A stretch of 20,955 nucleotides of DNA from Chiloscyllium plagiosum. Its lineage: Eukaryota. The notes beneath the pieces were generated by a model that was given only the letters and a program-made list of their open reading frames with translations, was not told where the DNA came from and did not search any database. The stretch lies in the NCBI RefSeq assembly GCF_004010195.1, contig NC_057719.1, positions 57,825,023 through 57,845,977 of the forward strand, written 5' to 3'. A program made the translations under genes and the position numbers. Of the stretch, positions 19,489 through 20,955 are shown one piece after another; positions within the stretch are counted from its first letter, which is position 1; the number at the start of each line of letters is the position of its first letter.

Positions 19489-19919
19489 CTAAAATGAGAA
19501 AAAGACATATTTCTTCTCAAAGTTTCAAATAATACAATGTAACTCGATGTTAGCAGTATTATTCTGTGATTTACTAACCTGAGTTTCTGACAACAACATT
19601 AATTTTTTTGCTACCTTATAATTGTAGAAATCTCCATGACCAGTTTGATGAAAATCCACAATTGTTATAACTTATTACAGCAGGCAATGGTTAGAAATTA
19701 TTTTCCTATCTTCCCAACAAAGCAAATTGTGCAACATAAATCAGTTTCTAAGGTAAGTTAAATTTTATGTTTTGAGAGATGCTTCCTTCAGTGTCTACAT
19801 TTGTTTTAATCTCTCAAAAGTGATTAGAAGTAAAGGTAAGGGAAAAGGAGTTTAGTGAAGTAGTTTGTATTTCAGAAAACAATGCACAGTTTATCTTTTC
19901 TCTCAAGGATGTACCTTGA

Positions 19920-20392
19920 TTACTGGGCAGTTTTGGCAGAGAGGTCGACCTTGGTATGTGGTTCAGACATATTCGGTGATGGACGGGTAAGCTCTAGATA
20001 AGTTCAAAACTGCTCTTCTTGGACTTTAGAGAGCAAAGATGGAAGACCACAGGGGAAATGAGCAATATAGGAAACAGTGGTAGGAACATGACCACTAATT
20101 GGAGAGATGAAAGACTGAGTATCGTCAATGAAAAGACTTAAGGGTGAAATTGGAAGTAACTTGTGAATTTCTTTTTCCCAGGAGAAAGGAAATGATTTTG
20201 AGAGGTGGGCAGCAGTATGTGGAATTTAGCAAATACAAGAAATGGCTTTACCAGATGATTAATGTCACAACGTTAGAGAGGGGACAAGAAACTGTGAGGT
20301 AGAATGGGTGGTGACAAGAAAGGATTTTTTAGTGAAGCCATGGTGGCAGTGAATTAAGGAGAGATAGTAAAAGGGAGTTGATATACTGTCAA
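19920..20392 (-). mobile_element. L2-type LINE fragment (endonuclease C-terminus/tether)
   Basis: Degenerate minus-strand motifs: NSLLL.., ccatttcttgta (~HFLV), ttcccctgtggtcttccatctttgctctctaaagtccaag (~SPW...HLRSLKSK), HHRICLNHI. Confidence 0.55.
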
Positions 20393-20955
20393 AGAGTCAT
20401 AGAGATGTATAGCATGGAAACAGACCCTCTAGTCCAACTCATTGATGCCAACCAGATATCCTAAATTAATCTAGTCCCATTTGGCAGCATTTTGCTCATA
20501 TCCGTCTAAACCTTTCTTATTCAAACACTCATCCAGATACTTCTAAATGCTGCAATTGTACCAGCCTCCATCACCTCCCCTGGCAGCTCTTTCCATACAC
20601 AGACCACCCTCTGCGTGAGGAATTTGCCCCTTAGGTCACTTTTAAATCTTTCCCCTCTCACCTTAAACCTATGCCCCCTAGTTTTGTACTCTCCTACTCT
20701 GGGGTAAAAAAATCATTGACTATTCACCCTACCCATACTTCTCATGACTTGATAAACCTCTATAAGGTCATCCCTCAGCCTCTGAAATTCCAGGAAAAAC
20801 AGCCCCAACTTATTTAGCCTCTCCCTCTAGCTCAAGCCCTCCAACTCTGGCAACATCCTTGTAAGTCTTTTCTGAACCCTTTCAAGTTTCACAATATCTT
20901 TCCGATAGGAAGGAGACCAGAATTGCACGCAATATTCCAACAGTGGCCTAACCAA
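20393..20955 (-). mobile_element. CR1 LINE 3' part, continuing beyond the window
   Basis: Antisense of [41 protein letters not shown]. The tail catctctatgactct is the same family as 10219-10635 and 2151-2595. Confidence 0.95.

Overview
Eukaryotic genomic DNA from a cartilaginous fish, probably a carpet/bamboo shark (inferred from the repeat families). The whole window lies inside a host gene on the minus strand. Two short coding exons missed by the ORF track (19422-19488, 67 nt; 9134-9193, 60 nt) splice in frame to GILGFYKGILPPILAETPKRAVK|FLTFEQYKKILSYASLPSGV, which is the mitochondrial 2-oxodicarboxylate carrier SLC25A21, the bystander gene of the Pax9/Nkx2 regulatory block. The rest is intronic and mostly nested, decayed transposons. 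These comprise several CR1 LINE families (including an ORF1 SGNH remnant and a younger 2-kb ORF2 copy), L2 fragments, an old Vingi/Ingi-type RT, a two-gene PIF/Harbinger fossil, a Deu-domain SINE, and at least seven Penelope-like element (PLE) pieces, five with minimal hammerhead-ribozyme motifs. A 47-N gap is flanked by duplicated sequence that differs by a 58-bp PLE-derived insertion. I see no intact novel protein-coding system. The most interesting signals are the PLE/hammerhead architecture, the PLE micro-insertions and possible Pax9 enhancer sequence. Repeat-family assignments come from motif recognition, not database searches.
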